This document shows, in pieces, positions 1 to 10,471 of a DNA stretch of 64,000 nt (positions are counted from its first letter, which is position 1; the number at the start of each line of letters is the position of its first letter). The notes beneath the pieces were generated by a model. It saw only the letters and a program-made list of their open reading frames with translations, was not told the origin of the DNA and made no database searches. Both the position numbers and the translations under genes were made by a program. Origin of the DNA: a phage; sequence record PZ179882.1. One strand, given 5' to 3'.

Positions 1-1185
1 TGATTCAAGAATAAATCCACCTGCTTTAGTAGGGTCTTTACGGTGAGGATAAATTCCTACAATTTTTAAATCAACATCAATTACTTCTTTAAATTTATAA
101 AGATTTTTTGAACGAGCATTTTCCCACAATCCATCGGTATTTTTGAGAATAATACCTTCAAGACCTTGGTCAATATATTTTTTATAAATTACCTTAGCTT
201 CATCTAGGTTATTTACTACTTGGTTTTCAATTAAAATTACTTTATCATATCCTGATGTCATTTGTTCTAGTTTAGAAAAACGTACATCATATTTTAAACG
301 AAACGCCGGAAGACCGTATATTTCTACCAACGGAACATAATCCCAGACCTGAAACTTCATGCATTTGGCTTCTTTTTCTGAAATAGTTCCCTTTAAAGAT
401 TTATTGGCGATTCCATTAGAAGCAGTACGAGATTCAGCTACTTCGGCAAACTCTTTAGCTTTACTATTTTCAGGAGCATCAAAAAGAAAATCTAGGCCTT
501 CTGGTTCCTTTTCAACTTGCTCATGGTATACCAATTCGCCATCGATTAACACGCCTTCTGGATGAATCTGGCGGGCTTCAGCAGTCATTTTGATTAACTC
601 TTCCTTAAGAAGATCTAATCCTAGGTATTCATTGCCAGCTCGCGATAAAAGACGAACATCATCTAATTCATCACCTCGGACTTCAGCAAAACACCGAGCT
701 CCATCTGCTTTTAACTGTGCAAAAGCTGGAAATTTTATATTCTTACTAATGCCTTTTTCATCATAAGAACTTGCCAGCATTTGAGGTTGTTCAGGAATTA
801 AACCTGGCCAAACTTTGTTTGCAATAGATACTGAAGCACCACATTCAAGGTCTCGCATCATAACTCGACGCAAAACTTCAACATCATCCTTTTTACCATC
901 GGTGATATAACCAGTTAATTCCTCAATTGCTGCATTGCCAGTTAATTTCCGAGTAGCTAACGTGAATTCAATGAAGTCAAGCATATCGGTAATAGTCAGC
1001 ATTCCAAAACTCTGGGTAGCAATACCAGGTTTAGGCCATTTCTTGATATAATACTGTAACCCACGAGAATAAGTCAGACGATATACTCGTTTAAGCAATT
1101 CATTATCTTTATTCTTTTCAAGAATTGCTTGCTTCTGTTTAGTTGATCCAATAGATGCTATTTCATTCAGAATTTTAAGAATCAT
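1..1185 (-). CDS. 30: ATP-dependent DNA ligase gp30, N-terminal ~395 codons (C-terminus lies beyond window start)
   Basis: Minus-strand ATG at 1185 reads MILKILNEIAS...; frame stays open to position 1 (…TKAGGFILES); matches T4 ligase from memory. Confidence 0.93.
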   Translation of the reverse strand, partial: MILKILNEIASIGSTKQKQAILEKNKDNELLKRVYRLTYSRGLQYYIKKWPKPGIATQSFGMLTITDMLDFIEFTLATRKLTGNAAIEELTGYITDGKKDDVEVLRRVMMRDLECGASVSIANKVWPGLIPEQPQMLASSYDEKGISKNIKFPAFAQLKADGARCFAEVRGDELDDVRLLSRAGNEYLGLDLLKEELIKMTAEARQIHPEGVLIDGELVYHEQVEKEPEGLDFLFDAPENSKAKEFAEVAESRTASNGIANKSLKGTISEKEAKCMKFQVWDYVPLVEIYGLPAFRLKYDVRFSKLEQMTSGYDKVILIENQVVNNLDEAKVIYKKYIDQGLEGIILKNTDGLWENARSKNLYKFKEVIDVDLKIVGIYPHRKDPTKAGGFILES

Positions 1186-1451
1186 TGCTCATCCTTCAAG
1201 GTTTGGTTTACAGCTCTATTATAAATCAATTCATCATTAAGCTCAGGCAAAGACCTATGATATGTAGTTCTAACTTTATTTCCTTGCATCCAGTGCTTGA
1301 CGTAAATGAAACCTTGCTCTACACATTTTTTAAAAATTCGTTCGTCTTTTTGAGCTCGGAATTCTGGATTGCATCTAAAAAATTGATTTACGTGACCGTA
1401 ATCACGTGTAGTATTACCTTCATTTTCATAAATAGTATGAACAACAAACAT
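1182..1451 (-). CDS. hypothetical protein, 89 aa (30.1 slot)
   Basis: Track ORF; stop overlaps ligase start; position matches T4 30.1. Confidence 0.55.
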   Translation of the reverse strand: MFVVHTIYENEGNTTRDYGHVNQFFRCNPEFRAQKDERIFKKCVEQGFIYVKHWMQGNKVRTTYHRSLPELNDELIYNRAVNQTLKDEQ

Positions 1452-2290
1452 TAGAATGCTCCTTGAAAAATATTATCACCACTAGTAGGTCTATTATACA
1501 AATACTCTATGCCACCAGGTTTAATATAGTTCCATGTCTGAAACGGATGTGTCTGATATGGATGATATGGATGATTATAAGGATTAAATCCAGGCGTTCT
1601 CCAGGTAGTATTCCAAGGAAAAGAATTGTTTTTAACCATTTTCTCAATTGCATCTTTTATAGCTTTTTCACTATCAAAACTTTCTTTATTTTCCTTTGAT
1701 GAAAAAAGCTTATTTTCTACATCATTCCATGTATAAACTCGCTGCGCAGTTTTTGGAATATTGTCACGCTCTCCTCGAGCCATCCAATAAACTGGAACAT
1801 TTAATATTTCACTCGCATGATCGCAGTGATGAGCGAGATCGTCAATATAACAAATTACGTTATATTTCTCTTTTGCCTTTTTGAACAGCTCTTCTTTTGA
1901 AGAATCATGACCACACATCATTACTTCTGAGAAGGCACCAGGAAAAAGAGCATTCAAATTAAATTGACGATTCAACAGAGCGTCAATAGAATCACCCAAT
2001 GCTGTAACAGCTACAAAATTATAATCTTCTTTTAATTTGTTAATTACACACAGGGCATCTTTATACGGAGACAAGTAACGAATAAAATCTGAACGATTGT
2101 ATTTTTCAATTAACTTGACGCCAAGTTCTTCGTCACAATTAAAGAGTTTACCAGGAGAAATAAATTTCTCATCTTGGATCATTTTTAAAATATGTTCTAA
2201 TGGAAGATTATATTTCTGAGCAAAATAAGGAAGGCCTGATTGCCAGCTTAAACATACTCCATCAATATCAGTTAAAATAGTAGGCTTCAT
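1451..2290 (-). CDS. HAD-superfamily phosphatase-like protein, 279 aa, with Pro/Tyr/His-rich C-terminal tail (30.2 slot)
   Basis: N-terminal ILTDIDGV motif (HAD motif I); C-terminal NPYNHPYHPYQTHPFQ low-complexity segment. Confidence 0.65.
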   Translation of the reverse strand: MKPTILTDIDGVCLSWQSGLPYFAQKYNLPLEHILKMIQDEKFISPGKLFNCDEELGVKLIEKYNRSDFIRYLSPYKDALCVINKLKEDYNFVAVTALGDSIDALLNRQFNLNALFPGAFSEVMMCGHDSSKEELFKKAKEKYNVICYIDDLAHHCDHASEILNVPVYWMARGERDNIPKTAQRVYTWNDVENKLFSSKENKESFDSEKAIKDAIEKMVKNNSFPWNTTWRTPGFNPYNHPYHPYQTHPFQTWNYIKPGGIEYLYNRPTSGDNIFQGAF

Positions 2291-2751
2291 AGAGAGTCTC
2301 TTAATAGGTTTAACACATCAATAAATTCAGCTTCAGTTAGTATTGTATCATCTTTTGTTAGACCACTAGCCATGCTGTGCTTCAAAACTTTTCCTTTCGA
2401 GGCTTGTAATGCATCGCGAAAGCCCCTGTTTTGGATCGCTGCTTCAAAATATGCATTTGTGTATAATTCTTTCCACGCTGGAGAGTATCTTGAAAACGGA
2501 ACTCCAAGCCAGAAGAGGGTCCCACGGTCCTGAGCTCTAGCATAAGACCTTCCAGCTTGTTGGGCGGCAAGCCCGGATAACCCAAATATACGACGTTGTT
2601 GTTCAGCATTTTTCACCTTACATCCTTGAAGGAATCCTTCGAGACCTCCAAATTGGATACCATCCATAACGAAAGGCCATTGGGCGAAATTGCTTAATGC
2701 ACATGATGGCCATCTAAAATTGCTTCTTATTTCTAGCTCAGACATTTTCAA
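2287..2751 (-). CDS. NADAR (YbiA-like) domain protein, 154 aa (30.3 slot)
   Basis: ALSNFAQWPF…DG…LEGFLQGCK resembles NADAR/DUF1768 N-terminal signature; ATGA overlap with downstream gene. Confidence 0.6.
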   Translation of the reverse strand: MKMSELEIRSNFRWPSCALSNFAQWPFVMDGIQFGGLEGFLQGCKVKNAEQQRRIFGLSGLAAQQAGRSYARAQDRGTLFWLGVPFSRYSPAWKELYTNAYFEAAIQNRGFRDALQASKGKVLKHSMASGLTKDDTILTEAEFIDVLNLLRDSL

Positions 2752-2944
2752 TACTTATAATTTCAACATCAGCCCAATGACCATAGCAAGGAAGACGAAA
2801 TTCAACTGGCCAGTTAGGGTCCTTTTCTAATATAATAGACTTAACTTGTGGTTCTTCATGTTCATCGGTATACGGACCTTTATACGTTACTTTATATGTG
2901 ACCTTAATGTACTGAATTCCAAAAATCTTATTAATTATATTCAT
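2738..2944 (-). CDS. hypothetical protein, 68 aa
   Basis: Track ORF in head-to-tail chain of minus-strand genes. Confidence 0.5.
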   Translation of the reverse strand: MNIINKIFGIQYIKVTYKVTYKGPYTDEHEEPQVKSIILEKDPNWPVEFRLPCYGHWADVEIISIENV

Positions 2945-3138
2945 ACTAATTCCTTTAATCCATAGATAGGAGATAATTCATCACCCATACGAAGGTCTTC
3001 ATTTCCATCTACCCAGGAAACAATATAAGCCTCTTTTATTTGAACGTCTCTCCATTTAAATGCAGGCAAAACCTTAGAAATTAATCCAGGTATACCGACT
3101 CCCTTTAATTCAACAGTTTGACCCAAAAAGAATTTCAT
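2941..3138 (-). CDS. hypothetical protein, 65 aa
   Basis: Track ORF; 4-nt overlap with neighbours. Confidence 0.5.
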   Translation of the reverse strand: MKFFLGQTVELKGVGIPGLISKVLPAFKWRDVQIKEAYIVSWVDGNEDLRMGDELSPIYGLKELV

Positions 3139-3476
3139 TAGAACCTCATCTGAAATCCGTGCGATTTAACATTACCACCACCAATGTCAGAAATATTAAT
3201 TTCACGCGCAATTGAAGGGTCAATGTCAATTTCACGATTGAGTTTAATGATTGCTAGAGTATCACGTCCACTTACAGTACGGAACTCTAAAGGACATACT
3301 ACATTAACGTAGTTTTTAATCGATTCACTGGTAGGTTGCAAATGAGCAGGAAGGCCTTTAGGCGCCTTTGAGAAAACCACTTCACAGAAATTTTTGCGGG
3401 TATCAAAATAAGTAGTCATAAACATAGTATTTTCCTCAGTAAGGGGCCGAAGCCCCTGTTTTATTTTAAATATCAA
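3138..3476 (-). CDS. hypothetical protein, up to 112 aa (start may be internal Met at 3425)
   Basis: Track ORF; GAGGAAAA Shine-Dalgarno precedes internal ATG at 3425. Confidence 0.5.
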   Translation of the reverse strand: MIFKIKQGLRPLTEENTMFMTTYFDTRKNFCEVVFSKAPKGLPAHLQPTSESIKNYVNVVCPLEFRTVSGRDTLAIIKLNREIDIDPSIAREINISDIGGGNVKSHGFQMRF

Positions 3477-3843
3477 ATTCGTTAAGAACTACATCAAAGA
3501 TTGCTTCAAGATGCTCAGGTTTAGCTCTGTTACTCAGAATATGACGAATCCAAGTTTTAACAAGAAGCTTACGATTAACGCCATTCCAGCAAGGATGAGT
3601 CCCTAAATCACGTTGACGGAAATCATCATCTAGTGCGATTTTAAAAGAAGAACCTTCTTTCGTGATTGAAACCGTAATGCCATTTTCAAATCGCATATAA
3701 ACGTAGTTAGGAGTCATATACTGCTCAATTTCGCATACTGATCCATTTTGATGTTTCCAAAGGCAAATAGTATCAATAGAACCTGCAATACCGTTAGAAA
3801 CATATTTACGTTCAAAGTTAATGTAGTTCATTTTATTCTCCAA
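3466..3843 (-). CDS. hypothetical protein, 125 aa
   Basis: Track ORF. Confidence 0.55.
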   Translation of the reverse strand: MENKMNYINFERKYVSNGIAGSIDTICLWKHQNGSVCEIEQYMTPNYVYMRFENGITVSITKEGSSFKIALDDDFRQRDLGTHPCWNGVNRKLLVKTWIRHILSNRAKPEHLEAIFDVVLNEFDI

Positions 3844-3898
3844 GATGTTTAATTGCGGTACAGGTATATAATATCATATCCTGTACCAAAGTAAACAA

Positions 3899-4231
3899 TT
3901 ATTTTACTAATTTCCAATGCTTCATGTCAAGTTTGCCAACTTTTTTCATCTTCTCAATTAAGCGTTCGGCACGTTGGCGAGCTGTAACATAATACCATTC
4001 ACCTAATTCATTTTGTTCAATTTTTCCAATGATTACTGTATTCAATTCATAAATCCAACCAGTAAAGAAATTATGAACTTGAATTGTAAAGGTGAAATCT
4101 GTTCCCATACCTTCTGTTGTTTCTACTTCAATAATATCACCTTCAACTGCCATTAAGAACCACATAGTTTCATCATATTTACCATTGAAGCATTTAGTTT
4201 TAACTGTAGCGTTCAGATTAATCGTTTTCAT
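3899..4231 (-). CDS. hypothetical protein, 110 aa
   Basis: Track ORF. Confidence 0.55.
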   Translation of the reverse strand: MKTINLNATVKTKCFNGKYDETMWFLMAVEGDIIEVETTEGMGTDFTFTIQVHNFFTGWIYELNTVIIGKIEQNELGEWYYVTARQRAERLIEKMKKVGKLDMKHWKLVK

Positions 4232-4312
4232 TTTATTCTCCTTTGTTTGTGTAAGATAATACTATCACAAAGGAACTATACTGTAAACAACTTTGTGCAA
4301 TCTTTGGAAAAT

Positions 4313-4340
4313 AAAAAAGGACTCCCGAAGGAGTCCTTAA
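4313..4340 (-). terminator. intrinsic terminator (GGACTCC-TTCG-GGAGTCC hairpin + T6 on minus strand)
   Basis: Perfect 7-bp GC-rich stem with UUCG loop followed by U-run, directly after stop of 4342..4518 ORF; identical copy at 57271..57298. Confidence 0.65.
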
Positions 4341-4341
4341 C

Positions 4342-4518
4342 TTATGCTTTCTGCTTACCAAAACGAGAAGCATCATCTCGAAGAACCGCACGTGCTCGGC
4401 GCATGATCTTCTCAACAGTTTGATTGATACGAGAGTTCGACCCACGCTTGTAACCAGCGCGTTTAGAATCACCAACTTTCTTTTCAACTGCTTTCTTTGC
4501 TTTAGCTTGTTTTGCCAT
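4342..4518 (-). CDS. small basic Lys/Arg-rich protein, 58 aa (30.9 slot)
   Basis: ORF from MAKQAKAKK…; Shine-Dalgarno upstream; track ORF extended to 4560 has weaker start. Confidence 0.5.
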   Translation of the reverse strand: MAKQAKAKKAVEKKVGDSKRAGYKRGSNSRINQTVEKIMRRARAVLRDDASRFGKQKA

Positions 4519-4638
4519 TATAAATTCTCTTTTAAATGAAAATGCAGGACTTATTGGCATTGCCTGCGAAAGCCCTCAAGGGGGTACTTAGGTTTTAAAT
4601 ATTTACCGACAGGATAACCATAAACCTCGTCAACATAA

Positions 4639-4887
4639 TTACTTCAGTGTTACCACAAAGTGACGAACTGCTTTTCGTGCGGCAGAAGCCAGAGGCTTAG
4701 CATACTTAAGTTCATCTTTTTCCTGAAGCTCAGCAGCTAGTGCAGTTTGAGCAGGATTCAGATGTTTGAAATAACGCAGGATTTCAAGAGCTTCGGCTTC
4801 AACATCAATAGATGCGCCATAGTTTTCGTGACCATTATTCCATGCGTTTCGTTGCAGTTCAAGAGCGTGTTGTAATTGTTTAATCAT
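4639..4887 (-). CDS. rIII: rIII lysis-inhibition accessory protein, 82 aa
   Basis: 82-aa ORF between the 30.x genes and gene 31, exactly as in T4; sequence matches remembered rIII. Confidence 0.8.
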   Translation of the reverse strand: MIKQLQHALELQRNAWNNGHENYGASIDVEAEALEILRYFKHLNPAQTALAAELQEKDELKYAKPLASAARKAVRHFVVTLK

Positions 4888-5034
4888 TTAAAAATTCTCG
4901 TTAGAGATTAAAACTCGGTAGTCACGTTCTTCTGAATTTCATCTTCTTTCGACAGATCTCTCAGTTGTAGACTACCACATAGAATTGTTCGGTTAACTTA
5001 TTATTCCGACACCCAATTCATATTATTATTTATA

Positions 5035-5370
5035 TCACTTATAAAGACACGGAATAGCTTTATAGTGACAGGTAACGAATTTTTGTTTAATTTCTTTTGG
5101 CTGCTTAAGACCCAGAGCTACAAAAGGGTGTGGAACGTTTCGAATTTGACCAACTGGAAGAGAAGTCAAATCACCAACTTCACAGAAACCTTCAGGAACA
5201 TCAGGACCGACAGAGTGAACTACACACAGTTCAGGAACTTCACCTTGAACACGTTTACCGATAATAAGTCCTGATTCTGTAACTTCTTCATCACCGGCTT
5301 GTGCAGGTTCAGAAACTAAAATAACATATTCACCGACAGCACGAATTGGTAGCTGTTGTACTTCAGACAT
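5035..5370 (-). CDS. 31: co-chaperonin gp31 (GroES analogue), 111 aa
   Basis: [22 protein letters not shown]… matches T4 gp31. Confidence 0.93.
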
Positions 5371-5426
5371 CGTTTTTCCTTTTTGTTAACAGATGAATTA
5401 ATAATAACAAATAATTCTTAAAGCAT

Positions 5427-5735
5427 TTATTTACCAATAAATTGGAGCAAATGTTCAACTTTCATACCATTAACGGAAATCAATTTGTCAATAGAAAAAC
5501 CTCGCCATGCACCAAGCTCAACATCAAATACTGGAATCATATCAGTAGATTCTTTCCGAGTAGATTCAGTCAATTTACCGGTTTGCATGGTTGGCATAAA
5601 GTCTGCATCACGAGTACCTTTCATAGTACGAATAGTACCATCAGACTTTTCAAAAACCACGTTTGAAATACCCATGGACAATTTAGTTTTCAAAATTTCA
5701 CGAATTGCTACTTTCTGTTCAGTTGTCAGTTTCAT
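5427..5735 (-). CDS. hypothetical protein, 102 aa (31.1 slot)
   Basis: Track ORF. Confidence 0.55.
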   Translation of the reverse strand: MKLTTEQKVAIREILKTKLSMGISNVVFEKSDGTIRTMKGTRDADFMPTMQTGKLTESTRKESTDMIPVFDVELGAWRGFSIDKLISVNGMKVEHLLQFIGK

Positions 5736-5972
5736 TTATTTACCTATCACAGTTTTAATATGAGTTGTTCCACGTTCTTTAAGAGTGGAAAGCAACTTTT
5801 GGCATTTTTCTAAATCAGATTTCCAACTATACGGCCTATCAATACAAACCCATTCTGACTTATAATACTGTTTCCATTTAGAGAAAAAATACTTCTTATA
5901 CTCTACAGCAAATGAAATGTTCTCGTTAGAATAAGAACTAATTGCTGTGAGCTGTACCAAACGAAATTTCAT
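5736..5972 (-). CDS. hypothetical protein, 78 aa (31.2 slot)
   Basis: Track ORF; start abuts cd stop. Confidence 0.5.
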   Translation of the reverse strand: MKFRLVQLTAISSYSNENISFAVEYKKYFFSKWKQYYKSEWVCIDRPYSWKSDLEKCQKLLSTLKERGTTHIKTVIGK

Positions 5973-6553
5973 TATTCACCACAGAATTCGTTGATATTTT
6001 CCCAGTTTAACTTATTCAAGTTTTTCTTAGGAACATTAAACACTTCAATACCCGCATTTCGCAGAATATCATCCCAGCCAGGTTTATTTTTATCGTATGT
6101 TTCGCAATAAACCAGCTTTTTAATTCCAGATTGAGCTATCGCTTTTGCACAATCTGGGCAAGGAGAAAGTGTTACATACATAGTAGCACCTTCAATTGAA
6201 GAACCATTTCGCGCAGCAAACAAAATCGCATTTAGTTCAGCATGAATTTCATTTTTAGACGACCACTCAGAGTGAGCACTACGATGTTCTTTCGCCAAGA
6301 CAAAACGATCAGTTGAACCAAACGATACACATTCGGGCTTATGACCTTGAATGATAGTGTGTTTAGGCTTATTCAGCAACCAACCTTGCTCGGCAGCATA
6401 ATCACAACAATTCACACCACCTGCCGGAGAACCGTTATATCCAGTAGAAATAATACGCCCATTCTTTTCAATTACTGCTCCTACCTTCCAGGAGCAACAT
6501 TTTGATTCTTGCGATACTAAATATGCAATTTGAAGTACTGTACTCGCTTTCAT
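5972..6553 (-). CDS. cd: dCMP deaminase, 193 aa
   Basis: Cytidine/dCMP deaminase zinc motifs (HAELNAI, PCPDC); matches T4 Cd. Confidence 0.93.
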   Translation of the reverse strand: MKASTVLQIAYLVSQESKCCSWKVGAVIEKNGRIISTGYNGSPAGGVNCCDYAAEQGWLLNKPKHTIIQGHKPECVSFGSTDRFVLAKEHRSAHSEWSSKNEIHAELNAILFAARNGSSIEGATMYVTLSPCPDCAKAIAQSGIKKLVYCETYDKNKPGWDDILRNAGIEVFNVPKKNLNKLNWENINEFCGE

Positions 6554-6888
6554 TTCATAATCACCAGATAAGCAGATTTAGCAGTTTCAACACGATAAAT
6601 TTCGTGACGAAGTTTAGTTATACTTTTAATAACAGAACTAATTATATTCTGCCCGTCTTTAAAGCGGTTTTTCTTATCAATAAAAATTGCACCAGCCATC
6701 TTTTTGTGAAGCTCAACTGGATACTTCGTCACAATAATAGCATCATACACAGAAGGATGAATACTGTTCACCAGAGTATCATTCATTAAAGTTATTCTAA
6801 TGAACTGTGCTGTTTCAGAGTCAAGCGCTCTATGATCGCCAGTATCATTTTCAAGACAATTATCAATTATATCAGTTAAATTCATCAT
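6550..6888 (-). CDS. hypothetical protein, 112 aa (cd.1 slot)
   Basis: Track ORF; overlapping stop/start. Confidence 0.55.
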   Translation of the reverse strand: MMNLTDIIDNCLENDTGDHRALDSETAQFIRITLMNDTLVNSIHPSVYDAIIVTKYPVELHKKMAGAIFIDKKNRFKDGQNIISSVIKSITKLRHEIYRVETAKSAYLVIMK

Positions 6889-7121
6889 AGTACGCCATAC
6901 ACCCTTTGTGCTTCAACTAATCCATCAAAATCCAGTTTAAGATGTGTTATTTGATCACCATCACCTGGATTCACAATTACTAATACTGAACGAGGAGTTT
7001 CGGTAATAACACGAACCGACGTTTCAGGAAATCGTTCAGAAACCTTATTTACTAATTCTTGAGCAAATAGTTTAACTTTTTCTTGGAATTCTTTAGTAGT
7101 AATTGGTTTTTCACTTAGCAT
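6885..7121 (-). CDS. hypothetical protein, 78 aa (cd.2 slot)
   Basis: Track ORF. Confidence 0.55.
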   Translation of the reverse strand: MLSEKPITTKEFQEKVKLFAQELVNKVSERFPETSVRVITETPRSVLVIVNPGDGDQITHLKLDFDGLVEAQRVYGVL

Positions 7122-7642
7122 GTTGATCCCAGCTCCTTACTTTCAACGTTTTTAACTAATTTGACAGAAACTAATTCGGCATCTTGGGTAATCATTACCG
7201 GGCCTTCTTCATACTCTTCAAGATATTCTAGAGCTTTCTTTTTAGCTTCTTCCTTCGTATCAGTTTGAGCATAGATATAGAACATACAACCAGTAATACC
7301 TACTACTTTCCACTTAATTTCTTTATCAGCTTTAATTTCAAATTTACTGACAGAATCATCTTTTTGAACTTCTTCGAAAAAAGAATATTCTAACATATAA
7401 GCAATTGAAAATAACGGACTAACTTTATAGGATTCGCCCATTACATCAACAGCTTTATACCAGCAGTCATCAATTTCACGTTTAATGCTAATAACATTTT
7501 TCGCAGGATCTATTTTTACTTTAAATGAATTTTCCCCAATAAACTGGGCAATTCGTTTATTAGCCCCGCAAGTTTCATTAAAAATATCTTTATATCCAGC
7601 TTTAAAGCGATAAACCTTATCTTCTTCAAACCATTCGCTCAT
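7115..7642 (-). CDS. hypothetical protein, 175 aa (cd.3 slot)
   Basis: Track ORF. Confidence 0.55.
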   Translation of the reverse strand: MSEWFEEDKVYRFKAGYKDIFNETCGANKRIAQFIGENSFKVKIDPAKNVISIKREIDDCWYKAVDVMGESYKVSPLFSIAYMLEYSFFEEVQKDDSVSKFEIKADKEIKWKVVGITGCMFYIYAQTDTKEEAKKKALEYLEEYEEGPVMITQDAELVSVKLVKNVESKELGSTC

Positions 7643-7704
7643 TTCAATTTCCTCATTTGTTTTGGTAGAGCTATAATATCACAACTCTACCGTAAAGTAA
7701 ACTA

Positions 7705-7980
7705 TTAAATTGCTTTGAATTCTGATGTCTGTGATTCAAAACGAATATCGCCTTTGATGACTAGCTCAGCATCAAGACCGAATACGACAATGATATGCGC
7801 AGAACCTGGATACAGTGTAATGGCGATAGAATCCACCTGGTCTGGAAGCAAAGTGTTCAATACATGAGTCACTTGAGCATGAATTCGAAGCTCAGCTGCG
7901 TTATCAAGCTTTTCAAACATATTATTAGCGATAATTTGGCTAAACACTACTTCTACGATTTTAGAATAAGTCGGAAACAT
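7705..7980 (-). CDS. hypothetical protein, 91 aa
   Basis: Track ORF; early-promoter-like element upstream at ~7660-7700. Confidence 0.5.
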   Translation of the reverse strand: MFPTYSKIVEVVFSQIIANNMFEKLDNAAELRIHAQVTHVLNTLLPDQVDSIAITLYPGSAHIIVVFGLDAELVIKGDIRFESQTSEFKAI

Positions 7981-7982
7981 AT

Positions 7983-8183
7983 TTACCTCACATAATTTTC
8001 TTCAAGCCAATCAATAACATCCAACGCATTATCAAAAGTTGAACCATCTACTTTGTCTTCTGTTTCATAATCAAGAACATCTAGGCCTACTCTTCCATCA
8101 ACAATAGGCCATAAACAAAATAGATATTTCCTTTCTTTTTCAATCTTATCGCAAAGACGATAAATCTTTTCTATATTATTCAT
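7983..8183 (-). CDS. hypothetical protein, 66 aa
   Basis: Track ORF. Confidence 0.5.
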   Translation of the reverse strand: MNNIEKIYRLCDKIEKERKYLFCLWPIVDGRVGLDVLDYETEDKVDGSTFDNALDVIDWLEENYVR

Positions 8184-8372
8184 AAGTTTTCCATGGTAAA
8201 GGCAGTTTAGTTTTCTTTACTGTTAGTTCAACATCAGGATTCTTTTCTCTTAATTTAAGGCATTCCTCCCAAGCTCTGATTTCACTAGTGAATATACAAA
8301 ATTGCCCATTACTAGTACCAACTAAACCACTATTTACAATAACAATAGCCCAAGTTTCATGATGCCAAGCCA

Positions 8373-8373
<1 letters not shown>
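8176..8373 (-). CDS. hypothetical protein, 65 aa
   Basis: Track ORF; stop overlaps pseT start region. Confidence 0.45.
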
Positions 8374-9594
<1,221 letters not shown>

Positions 9595-9598
<4 letters not shown>

Positions 9599-9825
9599 TT
9601 ATTTTTCTCAACTAATGATTGAATATAATCATGCAGGTCTTTAGATGCTTTACCCCACTTATTTTGATATTCATTTTTGAGATTAGCACGGGATTGAGCT
9701 AATAAAACATCATTAGTTGGAGGTAAAGATTCTAACCGCTGAATCTGGCGTCCATAAATCATTGCAGCCATCTCGGATTCATAAATCAATCCTTTGAGAT
9801 GTTCAAATTGATGCCATGAAATCAT
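9595..9825 (-). CDS. hypothetical protein, 76 aa
   Basis: Track ORF. Confidence 0.5.
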
Positions 9826-10121
9826 TTACATTTATCCTCTTTTAACTCTTGACGATAATAACATATCATAGTTTTTTGGTCATGTACATATCGTTTTACA
9901 TCATTAAGCCAAATACGAAATTCCTGGGAATCTTCAAATGGCATACCGACCCAAGCTTTACCATCAATAACTTTAACTTGCCAAGATAGTTTAGCTTCAT
10001 CATATGACTTTATCTGTACAGGCCAATTAGGATGAACTGTTTCTTTCTTTACTTCTAGAGGCTTTGTCGAACAACCAGCTAGAAGACCGATAGATAATAT
10101 TACTGCTGATAGTCTAATCAT
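9822..10121 (-). CDS. outer-membrane spanin lipoprotein (o-spanin), 99 aa
   Basis: Signal peptide with lipobox LLAGC; C-terminal Cys residues; 4-nt overlap with upstream i-spanin candidate; T4 pseT.2 equivalent. Confidence 0.75.
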   Translation of the reverse strand: MIRLSAVILSIGLLAGCSTKPLEVKKETVHPNWPVQIKSYDEAKLSWQVKVIDGKAWVGMPFEDSQEFRIWLNDVKRYVHDQKTMICYYRQELKEDKCK

Positions 10122-10471
10122 TTAGAAAGGTCCTGGATGTCTTCTGCGAACTTGTTGAAGGAGTTGTTGATTTGTTTTTCAACCAATCCTGGCTTACGAG
10201 CCACCACATCCGCCTTCTTTGCATCTTTGCGCAGTTTTTCATTTTCACGCTCAATAGCAGCAATCGCCTCACGATTTTTATTATTCATCGCATCAATATA
10301 ATTATACTGAATTCGCAAATTATTTAATGCTAAGGCGTTTTCATTGGCCGTTTTTGTAATTTCTACAACAGACGTTTCTAATCTTTCAATTTTATTTTTT
10401 AAAATTAAAGAAGTTCCGCCTAATGCAATTACAATTAATAGCAAACCTGCTGTCGTATTACTTAATTGCAT
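10118..10471 (-). CDS. inner-membrane spanin (i-spanin), 117 aa
   Basis: N-terminal TM helix then coiled-coil-like charged region; adjacent to lipoprotein partner; T4 pseT.3 equivalent. Confidence 0.75.
   Translation of the reverse strand: MQLSNTTAGLLLIVIALGGTSLILKNKIERLETSVVEITKTANENALALNNLRIQYNYIDAMNNKNREAIAAIERENEKLRKDAKKADVVARKPGLVEKQINNSFNKFAEDIQDLSK

Noticed and set aside
4233-4487. 84-aa minus-strand ORF overlapping the basic 58-aa gene
   Set aside because: Alternative frame over a gene with better start context; its stop-start geometry does not fit the coupled gene chain.
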